Positions 52,206 to 61,863 of a stretch of 64,000 bases of DNA are shown one piece after another; position 1 is the stretch's first letter, and the number at the start of each line of letters is the position of its first letter. The stretch covers positions 2,432,001 to 2,496,000 of the forward strand of contig CAXXTU010000002.1 of NCBI GenBank assembly GCA_963662655.2, given 5' to 3'. A model generated the notes under the pieces. It ran no database searches and was not told where the DNA came from. It worked only from the letters and a program-made list of their open reading frames with translations. Origin of the DNA: Candidatus Cloacimonadales bacterium. Lineage in GTDB: Bacteria > Cloacimonadota > Cloacimonadia > Cloacimonadales > JAIOQZ01. The position numbers and the translations under genes are program-made.

Positions 52206-52608
52206 CGCCCCTACCTACCGGAGTCGAAAGCGGCCCGATCAAACCCTCTTCACTCCTACCGGCTATCCGGTACCAGTAGTAGTTTCCTGCGTAAACATCG
52301 TTATCGCGATACGAGCAGGTCGTATCCGACGTATTGGGGATTCCCTGCGGAACGATACTCACGTAGGAACCATCGTAATCAAGAGCCCGGTAGACCATGT
52401 ACGCATCGGCATCTTCCGTGCTTTGCCACTCGACCTTGACCCACTTCGTAACGGATCCGCTTCCCGAAGATGTTATCGAGACGTTCGAGATTTTTGTTGG
52501 CACATCGATACTCGAATTGTTATCCGGATCGAGCGGATTACTTCTCTCCAGCTCGCAGGACACGACGGAGAAAGCGACGATAACGAGTATGAACAGTAAA
52601 TTCTTCAT
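52198..52608 (-). CDS. Small FN3-like lipoprotein
   Basis: Lipobox VVSC; 'ERSNPLDP'; 'YYWYRI'. Confidence 0.7.
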   Translation of the reverse strand: MKNLLFILVIVAFSVVSCELERSNPLDPDNNSSIDVPTKISNVSITSSGSGSVTKWVKVEWQSTEDADAYMVYRALDYDGSYVSIVPQGIPNTSDTTCSYRDNDVYAGNYYWYRIAGRSEEGLIGPLSTPVGRGVE

Positions 52609-52610
52609 GG

Positions 52611-53198
52611 TTAGAACCTCACCGAAATGCCTGTTGGTGTTATAATAACGTTTTGCCGATTGTACTCCCTGATGATATCGCTCCAGAGGTTGCTGTTGTA
52701 TTCATCGGTAACGTTGATCGTGTCGTACAGGGTATAGATCCAAACAAGGATACCCAACCCGAGAAAGGCTTGCGAATAGCGGTAGGGTTCGAGCGCGTCG
52801 TTGTAGGATTGATTCATTTCATCGACCTGGTCGGCGTTTTTATACTTGTCATAGTTTTCCATCGCCTGGTCATAGAAATAGAGCGCGCTTCCGAATAGCA
52901 CGACCTCCAGCCCGAGAAAAATCTGCCCCTTGGTGTAGCTCTTCGCCGAGAAATGCCCCCAACCGGGAACAATCGCCGATTTTGCCAGGTTTCCGGCGGT
53001 GGTCAGGCGGTTCATGCGATAGAGCTGCAAAAGCCGTTGGCGCTCCTGAAGGTCCATCTTGGCATGGTTTCGCTCCTCGAAATCTTCCCAACCGTATTTC
53101 TGTGGATCGGTAAACTTCTCCAGGTCGAAATCCTGTGCAGAAAGACTCGACAGGACACAAAATAATATGAGTACGTAACGTTTGATAAACTTATCCAT
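52611..53198 (-). CDS. DUF5683-like exported/membrane protein
   Basis: 'KSAIVPGWGHF'; C-terminal 'GISVRF'. Confidence 0.6.
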   Translation of the reverse strand: MDKFIKRYVLILFCVLSSLSAQDFDLEKFTDPQKYGWEDFEERNHAKMDLQERQRLLQLYRMNRLTTAGNLAKSAIVPGWGHFSAKSYTKGQIFLGLEVVLFGSALYFYDQAMENYDKYKNADQVDEMNQSYNDALEPYRYSQAFLGLGILVWIYTLYDTINVTDEYNSNLWSDIIREYNRQNVIITPTGISVRF

Positions 53199-54610
53199 TA
53201 TTGCAATAATTCCTCACTCACTTTGTTCAGAGGCAAAACCGTCTGATCTTTCAAATTAACAAGCCACACCAGGAAATAACTCTTTTCCGGCGTCGAGATA
53301 TCGTATCGAACCTCGTACTTCGCTTCGCCCACGGATAGAACGTATCGCCAACCGGAGGTACTTACAAGGTCCTGGTATTGCAATACGAGTTCCTGTTCCA
53401 GCTGGCTCACCCGGCGGATGATAAGCCCGTTGCGGTAGTTATTGATAACGCGTCGGGCAAAAGCGACGGGATCCTTCTCGATCTCGATCATGTTGGACAT
53501 CAGGAACATCTTGTCCTTATATGCGCTCAAGGCATCCAGACGATACGCACTGCGGTAGAGCTGCAGAGCCGTTGCCCAGTTCTCTTTCTTCTCTTCTTCC
53601 TGCGCTTCGAGGCTCAGCCGGTTCGCTTCATGAATGTTCTGTTTCAGAATATTCGCTTCGGAGATTGCCATCGCTGCCGGCTCATAATTGCTGATAATAT
53701 TGAAACACCGGCTGTAGATTCCGATTGCGTTATCGATCTGCCTGTCGCTCACCAGCTCATCGCCCTGCTGCATGAACTTGGAGCAGATATCGACAAGGCG
53801 TGCGTTCACCAATTCTTCTTTGGTCGGATCGAACTCGATGACGAACCTGTAGGTCTCTTCGGCCTGCACGTATTCGCCTTCTACTACGAGCTGTTCCGCC
53901 AGTTTCCAGTACAACTCGCTCAGTTCGAGGTAGATGCGATCCTTGAACGAAGACGGGTATTGCTCCAGATAGAACAAGCGTTCCAGCGCATGGCGGTATC
54001 CGTCGGAAAACTGTAGTTCGATCGCGTTATCGATGTATCGCTCCATAAACCGGTCGATATATTTTTGCGACATCGCGATATACTCGTTGCCCGTATATCG
54101 CTCGTTGAGAAGCACATAGTTTTCCCAAGCCGCTTCGTCGTTGTTGTAGATATCCATGTAAATCTGAATCCGGCTATGAAGAATCTCCGGGATCAACTCG
54201 GATTCAGGTAGATTCACAACGATCATTTCATAGTACTGGAGGGTGATATCGTAGTCGTTTCGCTGGTAGGCGGCATCAGCGAGGTTGAAATAGCAGTTGT
54301 CCATGATCTCGTCGGCCTTGTCCGAATTCGCCAGGAAGAAGAAACGGATCGCCAGCTTCCACTTGTCGGAGTCAAAGGCTTTAAGGCCCAATTGATAATA
54401 GCATTCCGAACGTTCCAGCTCCGCCTCGGTCGCTTTCGCGCCGTTCTTGGAGATTTTGATATAATGATCGTAGCTCTCGATGGCAGCCGCGTATTTTCCA
54501 CGCGCCTGAAGACTCTGCGCTACCGAATAATTCGATGTACATCCGGCCAGAGCCAGCGCAATAACGATTGATACAAACAGGAAACTATAAAATGATTTCT
54601 TTATTTTCAT
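53198..54610 (-). CDS. TPR-containing lipoprotein
   Basis: Lipobox LAGC; helical TPR-like repeats. Confidence 0.75.
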   Translation of the reverse strand: MKIKKSFYSFLFVSIVIALALAGCTSNYSVAQSLQARGKYAAAIESYDHYIKISKNGAKATEAELERSECYYQLGLKAFDSDKWKLAIRFFFLANSDKADEIMDNCYFNLADAAYQRNDYDITLQYYEMIVVNLPESELIPEILHSRIQIYMDIYNNDEAAWENYVLLNERYTGNEYIAMSQKYIDRFMERYIDNAIELQFSDGYRHALERLFYLEQYPSSFKDRIYLELSELYWKLAEQLVVEGEYVQAEETYRFVIEFDPTKEELVNARLVDICSKFMQQGDELVSDRQIDNAIGIYSRCFNIISNYEPAAMAISEANILKQNIHEANRLSLEAQEEEKKENWATALQLYRSAYRLDALSAYKDKMFLMSNMIEIEKDPVAFARRVINNYRNGLIIRRVSQLEQELVLQYQDLVSTSGWRYVLSVGEAKYEVRYDISTPEKSYFLVWLVNLKDQTVLPLNKVSEELLQ

Positions 54611-55334
54611 CCGCAATCTCGAAGACTTGATTTTCACGCGTTTTCAATAGCTGTTTCAGATCCTTTGACAACCCGTGGGTTAGTATGATTCTGTCGATTT
54701 CGTCTTCTCGAAGCGCATAGACTTCTTCAGCTTTCGGATGCAACGCATCGACGATGAGTATATCGGTTTCTATCAGTCGAATCCCCAGGGAATTCAGCTT
54801 CAAGATATCCGAGGTGTAGATCACCTTTTTATCGCGGTCTTCCTCTTCTTCTTCCAGAACGAACGAGAAGCTCTTCATTTCGTTCGTCAAATGCTTTTCC
54901 CGGATAACGGAGGCGTAGCTTTGCAAGTGGTCCGATTCGATCGGCGTGATAAAGGGCAGTTCCTGGTTCAGCTCTTCCATGGGCTTCAGGAATATACTGA
55001 AATGGAATTTATCGGGAATGGTATAGAACATGTGCATGGTTTCCAGAAAGTCCTTAACGCGTTCCGGCAGAAACACGGTGAGGTTCTTCACTCGCTGCTG
55101 GAGGTACATCATCTGGATCATCATGAAGAACCCCGAAACATGATCCGGGTGGTAATGCGAAATGATCACGTAATCGATGACGTCCGCGTCGAGTTCATAC
55201 TTCATGAGCTGCTGAGAGATTCCTTCTCCGCAATCGATCAATATGTTCTTTCCGTGCGTGTAGAACCATAAGGCAGAGTGGTGCTTTCCGGGCGTCGGGA
55301 TGCCGGAAGCAGAACCGAGTATCCTTATTTTCAT
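54585..55334 (-). CDS. Metallo-beta-lactamase-fold hydrolase, RNase Z-like
   Basis: 'LGSASGIP', 'IDCGEG', HYHPDH, 'YTSD', 'LTH'. Confidence 0.8.
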   Translation of the reverse strand: MKIRILGSASGIPTPGKHHSALWFYTHGKNILIDCGEGISQQLMKYELDADVIDYVIISHYHPDHVSGFFMMIQMMYLQQRVKNLTVFLPERVKDFLETMHMFYTIPDKFHFSIFLKPMEELNQELPFITPIESDHLQSYASVIREKHLTNEMKSFSFVLEEEEEDRDKKVIYTSDILKLNSLGIRLIETDILIVDALHPKAEEVYALREDEIDRIILTHGLSKDLKQLLKTRENQVFEIADENKEIIL

Positions 55335-56434
55335 GCTTTTACCTCATTTTGTTTTAGCTGGTTGGCTGGTATCGTGACGGGTATCTGATCGAGCTTCTTT
55401 CCGAAAAACAGGAAAAAAGCCGCGAACAAAACGGTCGATACGGCAAGCAAAATGATCGAGTCCATCCGGTAGATTAATATGGAAAACACAGCGATGATCG
55501 CATTGATCAGATAGATGATGAGCGCCGTCACACGCGCGGAGCCCATGGCGTTGTCGATGCGGTGCGTCGAGTGGTCCTTGCCGCCCTGGGTGATGCGACG
55601 ACCGTCTCTCTTGCGCGTGATGCTGACCAGCGAGATATCGAAGATGGCGTAACTGAGCATCAGAACGGGGAGCAGGTAGTACATCTCGCTGCTCCGATGT
55701 ATCACGGCGAGTCGGCCGCTGAGAATCCCCATGGTCGAGAGGAAATAGCCGATAAACATGCTTCCTGCATCGCCGAGGAAAATTTTTGCGGGTCGGAAAT
55801 TGTGGGGAAGAAAGCCGAATATCGCACCGGCGAATGTGAGTGACATCAGGCCGATGAAATGAGCCTGCGGGGCCAGGGCGCTGGTTTTGATGGATACGCT
55901 GAGCGCATAAAATCCAATCGCCAGGATCCCGGACATCCCCGAGATGATCCCGTCCATGTTGTCCAGGAAGTTCAGCGCGTTCATCAGCCCGATCATCCAC
56001 AACAGCATGATGGGAACGCTGAGCCACGGCGAGATGAAGAGATTCAGAAAGTTGCCGTAATGCATCTGCTGCGTAACGATGAACACAACGCACGCGAGGA
56101 GCTGCCCCAGCATCTTCACGCGAGGAGACATCGTGTAACGGTCGTCGATCAACCCTACGAGGGTGATAATCAATGCGCCACCGAGGTAGCCGATAACCGG
56201 CAGGTCGAACGAGCGATGAGGTGACAGCGCGATATGATAAATCGCAAACAGAATGAAGCCGGTGAATACGGCCACACCCCCCATGAGAGGCGTAGCTTTT
56301 TTATGGACTTTCCGCGCTTCGGGGTTGTCCATGAAATTAATGACTTTCGCCAGACGAATGATGAACGGCGTCAGAGCAAAAACAAAAAGAAACGGCAGCG
56401 TCAACGCGCCAACATATTCATAAATGACTTTCAT
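55331..56434 (-). CDS. WecA/TagO/MraY-family undecaprenyl-phosphate GlcNAc-1-phosphate transferase
   Basis: 'RKVHKKATPLMGG', 'GLIDD', 'NFLDNMDG', 'IFLGDAGS'. Confidence 0.9.
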   Translation of the reverse strand: MKVIYEYVGALTLPFLFVFALTPFIIRLAKVINFMDNPEARKVHKKATPLMGGVAVFTGFILFAIYHIALSPHRSFDLPVIGYLGGALIITLVGLIDDRYTMSPRVKMLGQLLACVVFIVTQQMHYGNFLNLFISPWLSVPIMLLWMIGLMNALNFLDNMDGIISGMSGILAIGFYALSVSIKTSALAPQAHFIGLMSLTFAGAIFGFLPHNFRPAKIFLGDAGSMFIGYFLSTMGILSGRLAVIHRSSEMYYLLPVLMLSYAIFDISLVSITRKRDGRRITQGGKDHSTHRIDNAMGSARVTALIIYLINAIIAVFSILIYRMDSIILLAVSTVLFAAFFLFFGKKLDQIPVTIPANQLKQNEVKA

Positions 56435-56540
56435 AGTATATATTTACAAATCCTTGGTTTCGATTTTCCCGATCACTCCACAAACTTCCTTATTAAGATG
56501 TAAAACGATTTTGTCAATTCATTTTACGTCATTTCGCGCG

Positions 56541-57188
56541 TCAGAGCGTCATGCCGGTCAGCAACCTGAGCAAGAAGTTGAGCGGAGGCATGATGATATA
56601 TCCGACAATCGGAATGTTGAACACATAAGAGATCAGGATGATTCCCATGAAGATGATCATCCCCTTCTTTTCCTGAGCCGTGTATTTGAAATAGGCGTTG
56701 TCCGAAAGAAATCCGCCGAGAATCTTCGAGCCGTCCAGCGGTGGTATCGGAATCAGATTGAACAACCCGAGCGCCAGATTGAAGAAGATTGTCAGGAAAA
56801 GGATTCTTCCGATGAACACACTCACCGAATGCCCCATCATGAGCGAATCGCCGAAAACACTCACGTATCCCTTGAAGATCAACGAGAAGATGATCGCCAT
56901 GATGAAGTTCGAGGCTGGACCCGCCGCCGCGGAAAGAGCGGTATCCCGCTTGAAGTTCTGAAAGTTGTACGGATTGATCGGAACCGGTTTCGCCCAGCCG
57001 ATTTTCATGATGAACAACGCGATCAAGCCCAGGATATCCAGGTGCGAAAGCGGATTCAACGTCAGACGACCGGCACGTTTCGCCGTATCGTCCCCGAGCC
57101 AGTACGCCACAAGCCCGTGACTGAACTCATGCACGCTGAGACTGATAATCAGAATCGGCGCGAGTACCAGTATTTCCGAAAAGCCCAT
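56541..57188 (-). CDS. Site-2 protease (M50) family protein
   Basis: HEFSH, 'AAGPASN', 'FNLIPIPPLDG'. Confidence 0.92.
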   Translation of the reverse strand: MGFSEILVLAPILIISLSVHEFSHGLVAYWLGDDTAKRAGRLTLNPLSHLDILGLIALFIMKIGWAKPVPINPYNFQNFKRDTALSAAAGPASNFIMAIIFSLIFKGYVSVFGDSLMMGHSVSVFIGRILFLTIFFNLALGLFNLIPIPPLDGSKILGGFLSDNAYFKYTAQEKKGMIIFMGIILISYVFNIPIVGYIIMPPLNFLLRLLTGMTL

Positions 57189-58393
57189 TATTTCTCCCCG
57201 GGAACCAGCTTCAGGAAGCGCCTTTTGCCTACCTTAAGAATCTGCTCTTTTTCAACGCTCAGGTTCAGGTCGCCGTCTTCGATCTTCTCATCGTCGAGCT
57301 TCACCGCGCCCTGCTTGAGCATGCGCCGCGCCTCTCCGTTCGTTTGGCAGAGACCCGTGTCGGTGAGAAGTTTGATAATCCAGACCGGCTCGTCTATCAC
57401 GAGTTCTTCGATATCGGCCGGAATATTTCCCTGGCTGAAAACGCTGTTGAATTCATTCTCCGCTTCCCAGGCCGCTTTTTCCCCATCATAAAGGGTAACG
57501 ATTTCCCGGGCCAGACGTTGCTTTATGAATTTTGGATTTTCGCCCGACTTGAGTTCCGATTCGATCACCTTGATCTCTTGCGGAGTTAGTCGTGTAGCAT
57601 ACTGGAAGTAGTTGAGGATGATGTTGTCGGGGATCGACATCACCTTGCCGTATTTTTCTCCCGGAGGATCGAAAACCGCGATATAGTTGCCCAGACTTTT
57701 GCCCATCTTGTTGACGCCGTCCGTTCCAAGGAGGATCGGGAACATGATGGCAACCTGCTCCGGCTTACCGAAATAGCGGAGCATGTCGCGTCCGCAGAGA
57801 AGGTTAAACTTCTGTTCGGTTGCGCCCAGTTCGATGTCGGCATCGATCGCTACAGAATCGTACGCCTGAAGGACGGGGTACATCAATTCGTGCATCGCGA
57901 GCGGAAGTCCGTTCTCGTAGCGCTTGCGGAAGGTGTCGTGGGCAAGGAACTGCGCCAGGGTGAATTTCCCGAGCAGGCTGATAACATTCGCCAGCGTCAG
58001 GTCGTCGAACCATTCCGATTGCCAGCGGATCTCCGTTTTGTCTTTGTCCAGAACCGTGTAGAGCTGATCCATGTAGGTTTCCGCATTGCGTTTGGTATCT
58101 TCTGCGGTCAAAGGCGGACGTGATTCGTCGCGCCCGGTTGGATCCCCGATGCGAGCCGTGAAGTCACCGATGATGATTACGCCGGTGTGGCCCATGTCCT
58201 GGAAATCGCGCAGCTTGCGCACGGGAACCATGTGACCGATATGCACATCCTTGCCGGTGGGATCGATGCCCAGCTTTACGCGAAGAGGGCGGCCTTCTTT
58301 CTCGGCGAGAATCAGCTTTTGCTTCAGTTCAGCCTCGGGGACGATCTCCTCCGCCCCGTTTTTTATCATTTCAATTTGTTCTTGTATCGTCAT
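57188..58393 (-). CDS. tyrS: Tyrosine--tRNA ligase
   Basis: 'KLGIDPT...HIGH', 'YPVLQAYD', KMGKS, C-terminal S4 domain. Confidence 0.96.
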   Translation of the reverse strand: MTIQEQIEMIKNGAEEIVPEAELKQKLILAEKEGRPLRVKLGIDPTGKDVHIGHMVPVRKLRDFQDMGHTGVIIIGDFTARIGDPTGRDESRPPLTAEDTKRNAETYMDQLYTVLDKDKTEIRWQSEWFDDLTLANVISLLGKFTLAQFLAHDTFRKRYENGLPLAMHELMYPVLQAYDSVAIDADIELGATEQKFNLLCGRDMLRYFGKPEQVAIMFPILLGTDGVNKMGKSLGNYIAVFDPPGEKYGKVMSIPDNIILNYFQYATRLTPQEIKVIESELKSGENPKFIKQRLAREIVTLYDGEKAAWEAENEFNSVFSQGNIPADIEELVIDEPVWIIKLLTDTGLCQTNGEARRMLKQGAVKLDDEKIEDGDLNLSVEKEQILKVGKRRFLKLVPGEK

Positions 58394-58570
58394 GCAAACC
58401 TCTCCGATTTTAATCGCTTCCAAAACATCTGGTTGCGCTCGTTTTGTCAATGAATACCGTGGAAACGTCATGAAATGCACATGATAGAGGTTATTGGAAT
58501 GATGTGGAGCTGATCGGGCTGGTTATCGGCGATGATTTATTGGATGCCGATTTGTGGGGGATTACCCGAC

Positions 58571-58990
58571 TTACTGCTGAGAATCCAGAATAATTGTGAG
58601 GATGTTCTTGCCGTTATCGTGCTTGTAGCTCATCTCGCGTGAGAACTGCTTCACGAGGTGGATGCCCAATCCCCCTACAGAGCGCTCCTCGATCGAGGCT
58701 TCGGTATCCGGTTCTTGTGCGGAGAGCGGATCAAACGGTGCAGCGTCGTCTTCCAGCCGAACAACGATATACTCATCGCCAAGCGTGACGTCCACCCCAA
58801 TCTCGTGATTGTTTGCATCGCGATAACCGTAGTTGATGATGTTGGTTATCATCTCATCGAAGATCAGGTTGATGTTGAATGCAACGCGGGGGTTGACATG
58901 GTTCTCCAGCACAAAGCCCTCGAAGGCATCCGCAAGCGGCGCAAGCTCTTCCAATCGATTGCCCAAGCGCCAGGTGAATTTCTTTTCCAT
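58571..58990 (-). CDS. RsbW-like anti-sigma factor / Ser-Thr kinase (HATPase_c)
   Basis: 'FDEMITNIINYG', 'DDAAPFDP', 'GGLGIHLV'. Confidence 0.88.
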   Translation of the reverse strand: MEKKFTWRLGNRLEELAPLADAFEGFVLENHVNPRVAFNINLIFDEMITNIINYGYRDANNHEIGVDVTLGDEYIVVRLEDDAAPFDPLSAQEPDTEASIEERSVGGLGIHLVKQFSREMSYKHDNGKNILTIILDSQQ

Positions 58991-59085
58991 CGCATCCTCG
59001 GTTAAACTCGGTTCGTTCACAGGTTGCCCAACTTGCCTGAGGATGTCAATGAAAAGGTGTTCTGTATCATAGATATAATTAAGGC

Positions 59086-61863
59086 TTATTCTCCTTCTTG
59101 TACTTTTTTCTTCATCATTTCGATCGAATTCCGGTCGAGTGTCGTATTGACATAGTCTTCAGCCTTGATACCCTGAATCTCCCATATTTTCTGGCGCATC
59201 AGCTGGGAGGTTCTGGATTCCTTTATAAAAACTTCACCAACAGAGTTAGTATAAGAATCCGACGACTCAGGAACAAACAAATCCTTGTCCCATTTTTTAT
59301 CCGTGCGATCAGTTCGACCCGTTCTTTCTCCATGGTTTAATCTCGGGACGTACGATAATGATGAGTGCGACGGCTCGTTCTCCAGACGGTCACAGTAGAA
59401 AGCATACATATCCTGCCCTTGATGAGGATTTCCATCGAGTGGCCACTTCTCTCGCCACGCATACACAATGTTATCTGCTAAAACATTCATTTGTTGTGAT
59501 ACTTCCGCACTTGCCGGGCCTGTAAATACCGCCCTTATCGCCCACTTATTCCTCAGATAATCGATAAGTGCCGGCAAGAAAAAACGATCCTGAGCAAAAA
59601 ACGGAAATCTTTCTGAAATCTGCTGAAGATCCCAGAAGACGATCCTCTGAATATGTTTCCCTGTTCTTACGCCATTAATTAATCGATTATCTAACAGGAA
59701 AATGAACTCCTCGGGAGAGATGCAGCCTGGACGAAGCAGCAGAGAATGAACCTTTCCATAGCAGTTTTTTTGATTGTTACACTTCTCCATCTCACTTTTA
59801 TCCTTGTAACATACCCAACCACACAAGCTTGCCCGTTCCTTGTATAGTTCCGGTTTCATGTCCTGAAGACAGATCAGTAATCCATGTTCGCCTTTGATTG
59901 ATCCGTCTCTTAGAAAATCAAGCGAGGCTTGAAGCTTGAATGTATGGTGCGCTCCTAAAACTGCTGTTGTACTCCCGCGATGCGGCTCTCCGCCTAATAT
60001 TTTTTTCAAGAAAGAATAACTTTCCGGGTTCTTCCTCAATTGATTTGTCAGTAAATGATCAATACCCCTTGGATCGTTATAGTTTCTGCAATAGAAACAG
60101 TGTGGGTTATGAAAACTCCAGAAAAGTCCACAGTTGTTCTTATCATTTTTTTGATCATTATTCGGCTCATCTTCTTGTTCATCTGTAAATAGAGTCAAAT
60201 CAGTATAGTCCTGCAAAATACTCTCTTCGGAGTATTCAATATAGTCATCCAACTTGTCCAGCCTGTGAGTCCGATAATGTAATGAAGGGAACACCTGAAT
60301 GCCAGATTCACGAATCTTGTACTGATGCCATCCAAGAACACTCTGTTGAAAACGCGACTTCTCAATGCAAATACGATTTAAGTAGTAATTCTGCTGTTTT
60401 TTATGTTCTTTACCTTCTATCTGGATAACCATATCGGCCAGATAATCCAAGTTTTCGTGATGGTTCGTCTCATCTTCATAGATAATGATGGATATCCAGG
60501 CTCGTCTCCTTAAATAACGTACGATAAGCTGTGCATCGATATTGCGTCGAATATCAGCCGGGAAAGTATTCAAACCGTCAATTAGAATGGCTCGTTTTCG
60601 GAGAGGCACTTGCTTTGAAGCCTGGTTCTTATTCTCTGGTTCCTGCTCTTTTGTTTGAACTTGAGCTTGAGTTCCATCCTCTGGGCCATCTCCAAGCCAA
60701 TACATCATATCTGAAAGCCATGTGTCATAAGAGCAACTTTCTGACTGGGAATTTTCCGTCTCAAGCGTTTCGATTTCTTTCAGCATGCTTCGAATATCGG
60801 TATCGAATCTCTTTTCTATATACTCTTCGATCTTTCGATCAATGAAATCTTTTATATTTTTTGCTTCTGAATCATCCTGTTTACATAGCATCTCACAAAT
60901 GTAATCAATAATCTTGAAAGCCCAAGGATCAATGGACCTAATATCTGTCATGAGATGATTCTTAACTTTCTCTGCTATTTTGGGGTATTCTCTCTTAGTA
61001 TTATTTTGCATATCATCAAACATGCAATCAAGGAAACTACAAAAAACATCCCTTCTTGAGACAATAATCTCACTAAGCTCGTTCTTTATCTCAAAAATCC
61101 TACTTGGTTTCCTCTTCCTCCTGCTATTCATACTCCTGCTGAAATATCCAACAATCTTTCGCTTTTGACTCGTAAAAGAGCTTTCCACCTTTTCAACTTT
61201 CCAATGATTAATATAGAAATCTACAATATCCGCACGTTTTGATGAGTCATATTCATATATAAACACTCCCAGCCAATAACATACAAACGTGAAGTACCAC
61301 TCTCGTAAATCATCACGACGATGTAGCCTTTTCATCAAATCAATAAACTCTTCTCTCTTTTGCTCGCAAGTGTAAACCCTTAGTTCCTTTGACTCGTTAA
61401 GAATATCGACAGTGTTCTGGATTTGATTTAAGAACGATGTGTCAGGATTGTATTTCTTTTGACATCTGAGAGGTTTATCACTTTCATGCAGGGCATCACT
61501 CTTGTTGCATTCAAGAATCCCCATCAGCATTTGCGTGGCGAACGTAGTCTTTCCCGTTCCAGGCTTACCTTTTATCAGAATAACCAGAGAGTCTGTATCA
61601 TACTTACTTTCTTTTACCACAGCTTCCGAATTATTGCCACCTTGAGGTTCTTGATTATCCCTGTTATCCCTAGTGTATTCCCGCTTCAAGAAGAACGGCA
61701 ACAACAAACCTCCGCGTAGAAGCTCATCGAATCCCATGATATTGGTCGGGATATATGGGCTTCTCTTCAATCGGCTAATCCTACTGATCCCCCGATAGTA
61801 GTTTCTCATTCTCCTGTAAATATCTTCAGCGTCAATAGTAGTATTCCCAACTTTATTTGCCAT
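59086..61863 (-). CDS. Large tandem KaiC/RecA-like ATPase (intact first domain with ~250-aa insertion, degenerate second domain)
   Basis: 'IPTNIMGFDELLRGGL', GKPGTGKT, 'YTCEQ', 'ILIDG', 'LDYLADMVI', 'IEKSRF', 'GIQVFP'; second domain 'ILGGEPHRGSTTAVLGAHHTFK'. Confidence 0.8.
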   Translation of the reverse strand: MANKVGNTTIDAEDIYRRMRNYYRGISRISRLKRSPYIPTNIMGFDELLRGGLLLPFFLKREYTRDNRDNQEPQGGNNSEAVVKESKYDTDSLVILIKGKPGTGKTTFATQMLMGILECNKSDALHESDKPLRCQKKYNPDTSFLNQIQNTVDILNESKELRVYTCEQKREEFIDLMKRLHRRDDLREWYFTFVCYWLGVFIYEYDSSKRADIVDFYINHWKVEKVESSFTSQKRKIVGYFSRSMNSRRKRKPSRIFEIKNELSEIIVSRRDVFCSFLDCMFDDMQNNTKREYPKIAEKVKNHLMTDIRSIDPWAFKIIDYICEMLCKQDDSEAKNIKDFIDRKIEEYIEKRFDTDIRSMLKEIETLETENSQSESCSYDTWLSDMMYWLGDGPEDGTQAQVQTKEQEPENKNQASKQVPLRKRAILIDGLNTFPADIRRNIDAQLIVRYLRRRAWISIIIYEDETNHHENLDYLADMVIQIEGKEHKKQQNYYLNRICIEKSRFQQSVLGWHQYKIRESGIQVFPSLHYRTHRLDKLDDYIEYSEESILQDYTDLTLFTDEQEDEPNNDQKNDKNNCGLFWSFHNPHCFYCRNYNDPRGIDHLLTNQLRKNPESYSFLKKILGGEPHRGSTTAVLGAHHTFKLQASLDFLRDGSIKGEHGLLICLQDMKPELYKERASLCGWVCYKDKSEMEKCNNQKNCYGKVHSLLLRPGCISPEEFIFLLDNRLINGVRTGKHIQRIVFWDLQQISERFPFFAQDRFFLPALIDYLRNKWAIRAVFTGPASAEVSQQMNVLADNIVYAWREKWPLDGNPHQGQDMYAFYCDRLENEPSHSSLSYVPRLNHGERTGRTDRTDKKWDKDLFVPESSDSYTNSVGEVFIKESRTSQLMRQKIWEIQGIKAEDYVNTTLDRNSIEMMKKKVQEGE

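Noticed and set aside
58394..58570. T-box leader upstream of tyrS
   Set aside because: No T-box consensus (AAGGTGGCACC-like) or terminator/antiterminator visible.
58571..58990. rsbW-like gene as a third component of the SIR2-ATPase system
   Set aside because: Host-like base composition, its own -35 box and a 95-bp gap; not excluded, but unsupported.
59086..61863. Circadian clock KaiC
   Set aside because: No kaiA/kaiB nearby, second Walker A is degenerate, and Ser/Thr phosphosites are absent.
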